64,000 bases of DNA, from assembly GCA_050084515.1 (NCBI GenBank), contig CM114271.1, positions 33,790,001 to 33,854,000 on the forward strand, in the 5' to 3' direction. The position numbers and the translations under genes are program-made. The notes beneath the pieces are model-generated. The model was not told the DNA's origin, did no database searches, and was given only the letters and a program-made list of their open reading frames with translations. This DNA is from Blasia pusilla. Lineage: Eukaryota. Of this stretch, positions 46,465 through 58,530 are shown in pieces (position 1 is the first letter of the stretch; each line of letters begins with the position of its first letter).

Positions 46465-49400
46465 GCTAGGTCATCTTATCAAAGATTGTAGAAGGAGGAG
46501 TCAAGATGAGAAGAACGGTTGTTTAAGACCTAAGAAGGAGTCTGGAGATTCTGTAGAATTGGGAGAACATGAAGTAGATGCTTGGGTAGCAATAGAAGAG
46601 TTTTGCACACAAAAGTAACATTCCACTAAGACAAAGAGTGAAGATGCATGGGTGCTCGATAGTGGAGCATCTAGGCATATGACCAATCATAAGGATTGGT
46701 ATAGCTCCTTCTGCCTCTCTGGAGCCCATCGTTGTTATTCTTGTTGGAAATAATGCAAAGTGCCCTGTAGAAGGAAAGGCACAATTTCTTTAGTCTCACA
46801 AAAAGGAGATGAAAAGAAGTTAACTGATGTCTTTGACGTGCAGAGTTGAAGCGAAATATGATTTCAAAGTGGCGTGATTATGTGATCGTGACCTAGAAGT
46901 TCGTTTCAAGAAAAGCTGGAGCGATCATTGAGGATGCCAATGGGAAAGTAGTGGGTGAAGGTATACGACGTGGAAATATCTATGAGTTGTATGCTTTCAC
47001 GACAAGTGTAGGTCTGAGATCTTAGTAGCAAGATAAGTTGTGGCATGAAAGATTTGGTCACCTAAGCTTTCCCTTACTAAGTCGATGCAGAAATCTGGCA
47101 TGGTTCTTTGATTTACCAACAATTTCGGAGTGTCGGATACTTGTGAAGCTTGTATGATGGGCAAGCAACATCGACAACCATTTCCACAAGAGTCCAGCAA
47201 TAGGGCAAAGGCTCTTCTAGAGTTGATACATGCTAATCTCTGTGGTAAAATGAGAACAAGTGGCATTAGGTGGTTCTTCCTACTTCTTTTTAGTTTAAAC
47301 GATTATAGTAGGAAGATGTGGGTGTATTTCCTTCGTGATAAGGCAAGTGCTTTTGGAAAATTTAAAGTATGGCACAAGCTGGTCTAGAATGAGACAGAAA
47401 GAAGGTACAAAAGCTTTCAAGACCGACGAGGAGGAGAATTCTTATCAACAGAATTCAACAAATATTTGGGAGAGCATGGAATCAAGTTTACGATTAACCA
47501 CGGCACATACACCACAACAAAATGGAGTTGTTGAGCGTCGAAACCGCAAATGGTGGAGATGGCAAGATGTATGATGAAAGCAAAAGGTTTTCTGATGATT
47601 TTGGGCTGAAGTTGTTAATATCTTGCCGTATACATTCTAAATAGAAGTGCCACCAAGTCAGTGCAAGGCATGACTCCTCATCAATCATACTCAGGTAAGG
47701 TACCATCAGTCCAACATTTCAAGACTTTTGGTAGTGAGTGTTTTGTACATATTCCTGAAGCATCCAAGACCAAGCTGGAGTCCAAGAGCAGGAAGTGCAT
47801 CTTTATGGTATACAGTGATGAGTCTAAAGCTTATCACCCTTGGTGTCCTGAGAAAAAGAAGATGCTTGTGAGTCGTGATGTGGTGTTCCAGGAACAGCCT
47901 CGTCAAGTGGCGGATATCAGTGGTCCGTCCACATTATCATCAAACGAAGAGATAACCCACCAGAGCACACCACAAATGTTTACACCAGATCATCAAGAAG
48001 AAGAATTTGGTGATGATTACAAAGAGCAACTCGCTCTTCCACTACGATAAATCATACCTAAGTGGATAAAGCGGCTCTTGGATGGTAAGGATCCACTAGC
48101 AACTGATGAAGTTGTTACACATCCCAGGAGATCCAAGAGACTAGAGGAGCAGAATAGAGCTTCCGCACATCTCGTCAATATGGCCCTGATGACAGAGGTT
48201 TTGAAGGTGGAAGAGCCATCATGCTTGGATGAGGCCCTCGCTCATCCTCAATGGAGAGAGGCCATGCAGATGTAGATGGACGCTATTCAGAGAAATGAAA
48301 CTTGGACTTTGGTTGAAAAGCCAAAGGACAGGAAGATAATACGCACCAAGTGGGTGTACAAGACCAAGTACAAGTTGGACGATACATTGGATAAATTCAA
48401 AGCGAGGTTGGTCGCACAAGGATGCTCACAAATCGAAGGTTTTGACTACTATGAGACTTTTGCTCCCACTGCAAGGATGACAACCATTTGAATTGTTCTA
48501 GCGGTTGCAAGAACAAGACGTTGGCCTGTATACCAATACAATGTGAAGTCTGCTTTTTTGAACGGGAGTCTCAAGGAGGAGATATATGTTTCTCAACCAC
48601 CAGGTTTTGAGACACCCAGATCAGAAGAGAAAGTTTGTTTACTTCATCGAGCATCGTATGGGTTGAAGCAAGCCCCAAGGGTATGGTATCAAGGAATAGA
48701 TACATTCTTTCGAGAGAAGGGTCTCATCAAGAGTCCTTCAGAAGCAAATTTGTATGTGTTTTGCGAAGATGGGATGTATATGTTGATAGTTTTGTATGTG
48801 GATGATCTGATCATCACATGAGACCACAGTAAAAAAATAGAGGAAATGAAGGGAGTGTTGAAATCTGAGTTTGAAATGTCAGATTTAGGTCTTCTGCACT
48901 ATTTTATAGGATCGAAATTTGGCAACAAATGATTCTATTTTCTCTCTCAAGAGAAGTATGCTAGAGAAATCTTGAAGGCATTCGGGATGACCGAGTGTAA
49001 GGCGATGGTCTTGCCAATGGAGGTAGAGTTGAAACTCGATGGAGGATGTTTCACCATTGGTAGATGAAAAGTTGTACTGAAAGCTTGTAGGCGGTTTGAT
49101 ATTTTTCAGTAACACTAGACAGGACATTAGCCCATTTGTGGGAGTGTTGAGTAGGTTCTCAACTAAGCCTCGTGAGAACCATTGGAAAAGCGAGGATGCG
49201 TGTGTTGAAGTATATCAAAGGCACTATCGAGCACGGAATCACCTATGGAGCAGGGACGGAAATGACAGGTTTTTGTGACTCAGATTGGGCAGGAGATTCA
49301 GATTCTCGAAGATCAGTTTCGGGTTATTGCTTCTTGGTAGGATCAGGTGTGGTGTCATGGGTCAGCAAGAAGCAACCTATAGTGGCTCTTTCTTCTACTG

Positions 49401-49974
49401 AGGCAGAGTACAAGGCGGCTTGTTATGCTTCTTGTGAAGCAGTATGGTTGAGATGGATATTGGAGGACATAGGAGAAGCACCAGAAAGTGCTACTGTAAT
49501 GTGGTGTGACAATCAGAGTTGCATTTCCATAGCATATAATCCCGTGTTTCATGCTCGTACAAAGCACATAGAGATCTAGTACCACTTTGTTCGTGAATTG
49601 ATCCACAGAGAGGTTTTGAAGTTAGTCTATTGTCCAATAGAGGATAACCGTGCAAACATCTTCACGAAAGCCTTGAGCGGAGATAAGCTTCACCGACATC
49701 TGAAGGGTCTTGGCATAGGTCCAAGACAGTAGTCCACATGAGAGTGGATATTGAGGGGGGGTGTTGGATTCTCAACATCCACTCCTCTGAGCACCATTGA
49801 TCTGATCGGCCCCCTTGTATGAGGAGAAGCCTAGATCGATGGTTCCGACTTAGACGTCGAAGGAGTCATAGTAATATGACGTAGGTGATTTACGGAGTAG
49901 CGTTACTAGGTTTATCTAACTCTATATTGCATTAGGGTGAAGGGCACCCTGATGCAATATAGAGTTAGATAAAC
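46465..49974 (+). mobile_element. Ty1/Copia LTR retrotransposon, 5'-truncated inside the gag zinc knuckle, decayed
   Basis: Half knuckle KLGHLIKDCR at the left edge; protease WVLDSGASRHMT (~46650); integrase CEACMMGKQH and TAHTPQQNGVVERRNR; RT SAFLNG, YGLKQAPRVW, YVDDLI; RNase H CDSDWAGD, SSTEAEY, HARTKHIE. PPT GAGGGGGGG at 49753-49761; LTR starts TGTTGG at 49762. LTR right end not determined. Confidence 0.94.
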
Positions 49975-50512
49975 GCTTCCAACGCACTAAAGATCTCAAC
50001 AAACGCATAAGTACAAGCTGAGATATTGGCCGAAAACGATTGAGAGAGCAATCGGGTTGAGGGCCAATTGGAGAGGCCCGGGTGTCTTTCCCTAAATGTA
50101 GGGGGCCCCCGGAGATCCCCAGAAGTACTAGTAAGGGGAGGACCTTCTCCGAGATGTCTCGGGAAACGAATCCCCACTTTGGGCGCCAAACGGCGTTTCA
50201 GAGGCACGGGATGGAACGGGAGTTTGGCGCGGAAACCCAAAACCCAAACCTGATCCAAGGGAGTGGACTTTTTATGCCACGCTAGGGCAAATTTTTTCTA
50301 TTGATAGAAACGAAGAAAAATAGGTAAAAACCCTAGTTTTCCCGAGTAGCCAAATAGTCGGGAGCCGCAGCGGTAGCGCATTCTCGTATGTCAAGTTATC
50401 TCCCAGTTCAGGTTCCATCGAAGCTCTTCTGTGAGCGCACGGACGGACTAGGCCACTTTGTATCTCTAAGTTTTGTAAAGATTTCAGTGATTTTGTCACT
50501 TTCTTTTTTCTC

Positions 50513-50632
50513 ACACGAAGAGCCACCAAGTACGACTACTTGGTTAAGTGGAAAGGCTACCATGTGAAAGAGGCGACTTGGATTGCGGAGGCGGAGCTTG
50601 AACATGCGCAAGAAGCATTGCGAGACTTGTAA
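50513..50632 (+). pseudogene. Isolated C-terminal half of a chromodomain (chromovirus integrase type)
   Basis: Translates TRRATKYDYLVKWKGYHVKEATWIAEAELEHAQEALRDL*, matching the YLVKWKGY..TW chromodomain pattern. No integrase upstream. Confidence 0.8.
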
Positions 50633-50723
50633 TGTATAAGAGTTTCAATTTTACAGTCGTTTACTAAGTTCGATCCCCAAGAGGATCATTGTTTGATGAA
50701 AAGAGAGTTCGAAATTACAATTC

Positions 50724-51903
50724 TGTTGTAATAGTTGTATTTAGGTATGAATAATTTAGATTCAATGTCTTATCAATATCTTCGGATCTTTCTTAGTACC
50801 AAAGTTTCTTTTCTCAATTCTCTCCAGTGGAGTTGATAGCACGCTCAGATAGATTTCCTCTCGATATCAAGAAACCTCACAGAGACCTCAACCTGAAAGC
50901 TGGCTTCTCCTACTTTCGGAACTTAATCCGTCTCGGCATGCTACTCTCTATCAAACATATTTTCTACAACTCTATGTTGATTATTCCATTGATGAGAAAG
51001 GTTCGCATGATTCACTCTTCACTCTACAGACCCAAAAAGAATACTCATCGCACATCAGAATGAATGAATGATTGTTTTACTACTCCATCAAGAATGAGAA
51101 AGCTTCAAAAGTGTATACAAGCTCGAGAGGGTACTACTCCCTTGCTCGGACCATTCCTACAGCATGAGGACTTTGTAAGAGAATGATGATGATGATGGCT
51201 ACTTTCATGTTTCTTAAATACTTTCTGAAGTAGGAGTGATCCAAAGATTTGAAACGTTCTTGATGAAGCTGGTGTCTCTTGAATATTTGTAACTACCAAG
51301 ATCTATGGTGCTCTTCTCTTTTCCTAAGATCCCTATGAATCCGCAGAACAAAACTGTCTTAACTACTTATCGGATATAAAGAGTTGCGCCTTTTCCTATT
51401 CTAACTGTTCTAACTATGTGTCGCTTGAAATCACTGTCAATCTTAGCTTCGCTTCGCTGCTAAGTTTGGACCTCTTTTGCTTCGCTTGAGGACGAAGCTC
51501 TTTCTCTTGATCTGAAGATGAAGCACTCCGTTCTTTGTTCTTGTTCCAGGTGCTTCGTGCTTCGTTCAAGAGCGAAGTGCTTCTTTCTCTTCTTCTTCTT
51601 CTTCATGCTTCGTTCAGGAGCGGAGCACTTCATAGACAAGTTCTTAACAGAGCTTCGTTGTCTTTTCGAAGCTTCTTGCTGGGTCTTTAGACTTTGTTAT
51701 TTTATTCTCCTCTCCTCTCAAGTAAATCCTTGATTTTCTATCTCTCTGCCTTGTCCTTGGAGCTTCGTGATTCACTTTAATCTTACTAATTCTTCTCCAT
51801 AATAATATATAATAATAATAATATCAAAATCATAGTGTATATACAAGTCTTCGTTGAATAAAAAGATGTAATTCTTCAAAAGTACAAAATTGTGGATATC
51901 ACA
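50724..51903 (-). repeat. 3' LTR of the Gypsy element (~1180 bp)
   Basis: Minus strand begins TGTGAT at 51903, 2 nt after the PPT. The probable end is ACAACA at 50724; the left boundary is inferred because no second LTR is available. Confidence 0.6.
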
Positions 51904-53795
51904 TATCCCCTTCCTCAAATGTGAGCCGCCCCGGCGAACATTTCGTGATGTTTCTTCTAATTCCATAAAAGTATCATCTAAACTATCAAACTCAGGTGTA
52001 GGCGCAAAACGACCATGAATAGTGGAAGGTTTGTTGATAATGTTGGACGTGTGATTTTTCATTCTCTCTCGCCATATGTTAACAACTAGTGAAGATCCTA
52101 ATACTTCATTTTGGACTAAGATATCGGATGGAGTAAATAGTGGGAGTTCTTCAAGAGTAATCGAGAGGTTGGGAGCAACTTCCGGGAGAGACTTCGTATG
52201 GTTTTCAAATTGGTGCTTCCAATGTTTTTTGACATAGGCGATCTCCTCGCTCATGTGATGATCGAAATTCTTTCCTGCTTCGTCGACTAACTCCTTGACA
52301 TCTTCCGGGTCTAACTGCACTTCGTTGAGCATCTTCTGTTCTGCCTGCAAGACAGCGATCCTACCTGTAGCCTCCCACCACTGTGCCACTAAGTCTTTGT
52401 TTTTTCTTGATGTTCTTGAAGCAACTTCGAAGACTGAGCATGTTGTGTGGCCAATTTCTTGAATTCGTGGCTGATACGATGCACTTGGTGTCGGTATTGT
52501 TGAATCAGTTGCAAAGCTTCCTTGACCTGCGAAGCTAACTGGTCAGCCCCACAATCCATGTTAATCGCCAAGCTCTCCCATTGGTGTGTGTTCCGTGCTT
52601 CGTACTGACTCTGAACCAAGTCGCTTTGAACTTTGCGAAGCGTCGTCTTAGTGTCTTCAAGTTCTTGATCCTGCAGCTGAAGATTTGTTTCCGCCACTTT
52701 GCGCTGTGCTTCGTTCTCTGACGAATCTTGGGCCCTACAGTTGAGGTCATCAAGCGCTTGTAAATACTGGTCCACCGCCGCTGTGTCTTCCAGGTGGAGA
52801 ACTTGTTGTAGTTGATTCATGACCGGGACATCCAAATTCAGGAACCACACCATATCGTTGGCTGTCTGGGACATGAGACAAAGAGAAGGACAGTGATCGC
52901 TAGCACGAGGCGTCTCGTCGGAGTCCTCCTGGGTTGCGGGCTCTGTTTCAAAGGGTGTTTTGAAATTAACTCTGCCGCGCTTCGATCTTGGAAATTTGGT
53001 GAACTCCTCGTCCTTCCCTGAAGCCAAAGTATGTGGATAATGTTTAGGGGCTGCTTCGCACGGCAGGGTGACTTTGCGGCTCCCACTAGTGACCGTTTTG
53101 CGCTTTCTGGGCAAGCGCACGGGAGTGACTTGCAACCAATCCAGCGCCTCGTTGGCCGTCAATTCTTGCTTATGAATATATAGATGGATTAAAAAAGGAG
53201 ACAGGAAGGACTTCGTGCTCGGATGAAGTGCTTCCAGCATTGCGCGTACGTGCCCGTCCACAAAGGAAGCGAAGTCAACTCCCGGTGCTTCGGGGTCCAG
53301 GTGCTGATTCCAAAGAATATAGCACATCTTGACGAGCTTATTCGTCAGCTAGTAAGAATGAGCTGGATAAAACAAAGTCATCAAATGCTTGCAAAACTGT
53401 CCAAACAATGGCGGAGATAGCGAAGTAGCCTTGTAGCCATTTCTGCCAAGGCGATCAGACGTTACACAATCGAGTGCCAACAAATCTTTGTGCTTTACCA
53501 AAAATTTGGTGTCATACTCATACTCTAGAGCGGCCGAGAGCATATAAGTTGCTCGTTAGTCATCCAACGTCCATTGTTGTGGCTTAGCTCAATACCGAAG
53601 ACCCTTTCTTCAAAACTTGGCTGCTGCAGTCGAGGAACGAAGTTCCCCGAGGAGTTCCCCGGACATCAAGGTCCAATTTTCTTGAAAGAAAGTCGCCAAA
53701 GATCGCTCCTCAAGTGCTTCAACCAACTCTGGTGACAGCTTGACCAGGGGCATGGCCGCACTTCGCAGAATGGGCGTAGAGTCTTCACGAGGCAT
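51772..53795 (-). pseudogene. Extra ORF between Gypsy pol and the 3' LTR (~670 codons, interrupted), function unknown
   Basis: ORF pieces 53795-53610, 53543-53349 and 53327-52389 share one frame; 52389-51772 continues after a 1-nt shift. Globular N-terminal part (VDFASF..FLSPFLIHLY), basic RKRK patch, then coiled-coil-like heptads. Confidence 0.75.
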
Positions 53796-56700
53796 GCTGG
53801 TAGGTCGATCTCAGTGAATGCCCTGCTTTGGTCAGCTACGCAACTTTGTGGTGACTCCGTCCATGAAAATACCCGCCCGATTAAGCAGGGATGCTTATAT
53901 AGTCCCGGCATTATGCAAGTTCTTGGCCTTGGCGCCGGGACTGCAACAGTCAGTTTGGCGCTTCACTCTTCTGCCAAGCTCAAATACTCTCGCGCTTCAC
54001 GCATCTGCGAAGTTCCAATATATCGCGCTTCGTGCTTTTGCAAAGCTTGAGTACCCTCACGCTTTGCTCTTCTGCGAAGCTTTAGGCAATCGCTCACCCC
54101 CTTCCCTCCGGTTTGAGTCCGGGTAGGGTTGAGGCTCATGATACCGTCGAACATACATCCCATTGACACGAGTGGGATGGGCTTCGCCCTATAAGGTCCC
54201 CAACTGCAGTGACCCGTTATCATAGATGGCCAAAAGTGTGACGTTAAAGACTCAATAGTCTGGTTCAGAAAATGGGTGCCTTGATCACTTACTAATTCCA
54301 ACGGGCAGCCATACCGGGTGATAATCATTTCGTATAAAAATTTGGCCACAGCCTCACTATCATCTTTGCGCGTGGCCATCGCCTCCACCATCTTGGTACA
54401 ATAGTCGATAGCTATCAAAATGTATTTTCGCCTTGTGTGGTGAGTAGCGGGGGAAATGGGGCCCACAAAGTCAATACCCCATTTTTCAAACGGAGCTAGT
54501 GACATGATGGGTATCAAAGGCCACCTTGAGGTAGCAGTTGGTCGATTTGCTCTTTGGCATGCATCACAACTCTGAATAAAGTTACCTACATCTCTGTACA
54601 TAGTTGGCCACTAGTAACATGCGGCCAAGATTTTCTTAACGGTATTTTTAACAGCGTAGTGTCCACCAGAATCAGCCGCATGCATGGCTCTAATGACGTG
54701 GGGGATTTCTTGTGCTTCCAAGCATCGCCGATACTCTTCATCCGCACCTAATTTGAAAAGTATCCCCTGCCATATCTCATAGGGTCCTCTCTTATGTAAA
54801 AGACTGCTCGTTCCTCCGTTGTCATAGAGGCGGGAAGTTGCAGAGTAATTAAGAAATGCAAAATATCTTCATAAAAGGATTGGCACAACCCTTCCTCCTT
54901 AACCTGGAACAGGTCTTCATCGGGAAAGGTGTCATCCACGAATTGTGTGAGGTCCGTGTTTGTCATCCTCAACCGGGAAAGAAAATCTGCGTTGGTATGA
55001 ACCTTGCCGGCACGGGTAATGACATCAAATGTGAATTCTTGGAGTAACAGGATCCATCGCGCAATGCAACCTGACAGGTCCACCTTAACCATTAATGGTC
55101 GGAGCGCAAAATGATCTACATGGAAGACAAACTCATACCCTAATAAATAATGACGGAACTTTTTGCATGAGAAGACCATGCCTAACGCCTCTCATTCGGA
55201 AGTTGTATATTTCTATTCAGCTGAAGATAGTTTCCGGCTTGCATAGTAAACTGCGAAATCATGTTTGTTCTCATCCAGTTGGCTGAGCACCACTCCAACG
55301 GCAAACGAGGACGTGTCCACATATACGTGGAAGAGTTTGGTCCAATCAGGGGACCAAAGTACAAGAGCCTTTTGCAATGCTTCCTTTAAGGCTTCAAATG
55401 CCGCTTGGCAAGGTGGGATCCACTTCCATTCGGTAGTTTTTTCAAGTAACGCGATTAGGGCTCCTGCTTTCATCAAAGAATCCCTAATAAACCGTCGGTA
55501 ATATCCGATGTGTCCCAAGAACCCTCTCAATTCTCTCAGATTTGTGGGTGGTTCCAATACGATGATAATATCCACTTTGGCCTTGTTGACTTCAATTCCT
55601 TGGGCCGACACTCTGTGCCCCAAAAAAATTCCTTGTTTCATGGCAATATACAATTTTTCCGGATGAAGGGACAAATGCACTTCGCGACAACGAGCAAGGG
55701 TCAATTCTAATTTTTCCAAGTGTTCGGCTTCTATACTGAAGATACAAAAGTCGTCCAGGAAAATTTTGACAAACTTCCGCAGACACTCTTGGAAGATGGA
55801 GATCATCATATGTTGGAAGGTGGCCGGCGCATTGCACAACCCAAAGGGCATCACACGGTACGCGAAAGTTCCCCAGTCCGTGGTGAAAGTTGTGAGGGGC
55901 CGATCTTTTTCTCTTATGGATACCTGGTTATAACCTGAGTATCCATCCAAAAAGGTATAACGCTCATGGCCGGCCACTTTGTCCAAAATGCTGTCAATGA
56001 AAGGTAGGGGGTGATGGTCCTTTAAGGTGGCCGAATTCAATTTCTGATAATCCTGGCATACTCTGATTTTTCCCGTTTATTTTTTGGGTACAATTACAAT
56101 GGGCGACACCCACTCGCTACTTAACACAGGGTAAATTATTCCTGCTTCGAGACACTGGTCGATTTTGTCCTTGACTAACAATGAGTACTTCGGGTTGAGG
56201 CGATACTGCCTTATTCGTACCGGGACCGCACCTTCTTTTAGATCAATCCGGTGTTCACCATACCTTGCTGGAATGTCTGTCATTTCATCCATGGAGTACG
56301 CAAACACATCCAAATACTCAAACAATAACTTTTTGTACTTAATGAGTTTGGCTGGAGACAAATCTGCCAAGAGGCGTAGAGACTTCTAACCTGTAATTAA
56401 GACCTGCACGTAGTCTTTTTCTTGAACTATATTTTCTGTGAATTGGAATGTGCTATGACCCACCTTCTCTTCCTCTTGAGTCGACCTCTCTTTGCTAGGT
56501 ACCGACTCTTTGTCTATTTCGTAGCATTCTAAATTGTACACATTAGACGAGGACTCAGTAGCTGTAGTCCGCTCTTGATCTGACGTATAGCCTTCATCGG
56601 TCGGTGGCGGTTCTCCTTGGGGTGGTCGTGATTTCCACGACAGCTTGATGAGTCATTTTGAGACCTGGTCCGGAGCCTGGAATGTGAACCGTCTCCTTTT

Positions 56701-58530
56701 CGAGTCCGCAGTCACTCTCGCACCGTAAAGCCAGGGTCTTCCAATAAGCAAAGGATAGCTAGTGGCTGTTAACGGCTGCAACACAAAGTAGTCCAACGGA
56801 AATATCACCCCGCCGAGCATGGTCGGGATTTGAGTGAGCTCTCCGAGGGGTCGCTTCCGGGATTGATCTGCAAATTGCAGATACTTGTCGGTGGGCTCGT
56901 ACTTCGTGTATCCCACTGCCCGGGCCGTCTGTTCCATCATAATGTTAATTCCACTTCCGAAGTCAATTGGGACCTTCTTAATGGTGTGTCCCTCAATCTC
57001 AACTTCTACCTCTGGGGCTTCCAAATCTTCCACTTCGATACGGAACAGATCCACTACTGGTAGACTCCTTGCGGACTTCTTGGGTTTTCTGCGGCTTATC
57101 TTCCACTACTGTAGAATTTTATTGTACACAGGGTTATCCATTAATAATTGCAGCAGGGTTATATTTTCCGGCGTTGACGCCAAGTCCTTGAGTAAGTTGT
57201 AGGCTTCCAAGAAGAGAGGTGACGTCACGATGGCTTGTATTGCCGGAGCCGTTCCGCTTCTCGAATTCTCTGTTGTTTGCTTCCCTTCTGGCCCTTGGTC
57301 CTGGAAAACTTAAGCCCGAACCTGGTCCTCGATATCCTGATGGAAGTACTTAGGGTGACTTCGATCAAAGGCAAGGTCAACATTACCTTTTAGAATGGCC
57401 TTCTTGGCGCGGAAGGCGTCGACACTTTTTGTCTTGGGGTCCTTAGCTCCGTGCGAAGACGAAGCATCTTTCCTTGCTTTGGGGGTCCCCACGGTCTGGT
57501 TCTTGGACCTCGTGGTGACAACGAGAACGGTGTTTTGGAGTTCCTTGGGCCAGTCCGATGATTCTTCGGCCGCCGTTCTGTCCGAGTCCTCCTCCTTGAT
57601 AGTGACTCGCCTTGTCCTGGGGGACCCTAACTCTTCCACTCGGACGAGTTGCACATTTATGTCATTCTTGGACTCTGGTTGGGCTGCTGGGGTGTTGACA
57701 TACTTTACCAACAACCGCGGGACCTTGGGCTCCGTGCACTCCACTGCAGTGTGCCGGCCCTTCTTGCAATTTCCGCACAATGGATTGAGTCCTATTGGCC
57801 ACTTTGGATTTGGGCAATTATTAGCCCAATGGTCAGCTGCCCCGCAATTGTAACAAAAATTCCTTTTTATGGGTGGCGTGAAGGCTGCCGCGCCCATAAT
57901 CTGTCTTAGGGGTCTCTGTTCCCCGTATTCCGGAGGCACATATTTGGTGATCCAATTGTGTCCGGGATTAGGCAGTGGCACAGCTTGGATTGCATAACAT
58001 CCTTCCCACTGTTCGGGTTCATACCACCCTTCTTCCGTAGTTGGATCTTCTTGGACCCAACGTAAATCTATCTGAATATGACATTCCTGAGCAGTATGCT
58101 CTTGGGTTCCGCAAGTACCGCACCAGATGTTGGGCCTCATCAGACTTGGTCATCTTCTGGGGTTCTTCTGGGCCGCCAGATGTACCTTCAATTCCGCCAT
58201 TTGTTTACTTAACTCTTCAATGGCAGACTTGCCCGACCTCTTCGATGTCCCTTGTATTGGACTTACTGACCGCTGGGGAAGGTGCTTTGTTGGCCTGGTT
58301 TTCCTTCGATGCTTGGGAGAGTGATGGCGCATGATTTTTCTTTTCCGCTTAGATTTTAAATCTTTTTCGGAGTCTGAGGACTCTGTGGTGTCCCTAGTAG
58401 AGGATTCCGTATCTGTAGAGGACGCTTCGTCCTCGGTGGAAGAACTAGTTTGCAAAGAACCTCGTCGTTGATGACGCCATCTTCGTTTTTGCGAGACTTC
58501 TCGGAGGCCTCGTACGCCTGTGCGGATGCT

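Larger units (their letters stand above)
50724..58530 (-). mobile_element. Ty3/Gypsy LTR retrotransposon (non-chromovirus), 5'-truncated, with an extra 3' ORF
   Basis: gag with three CCHC knuckles (58140-57310); protease IDFGSGIN (57054-56653); RT PLPFIDSILDKVAGH, LDGYSGYNQ, MPFGLCNAPATFQ, FLDDF (56370-55213); RNase H (to 54748); integrase CDACQR, WGIDFVGP, SDQGTHF, truncated at ~54230. Order PR-RT-RH-IN. PPT GAGGAAGGGGA at 51916-51906. Confidence 0.95.

Noticed and set aside
51772-53795. Calling the Gypsy extra ORF an envelope (env) gene
   Set aside because: The position fits, but no signal peptide or transmembrane segment is visible.
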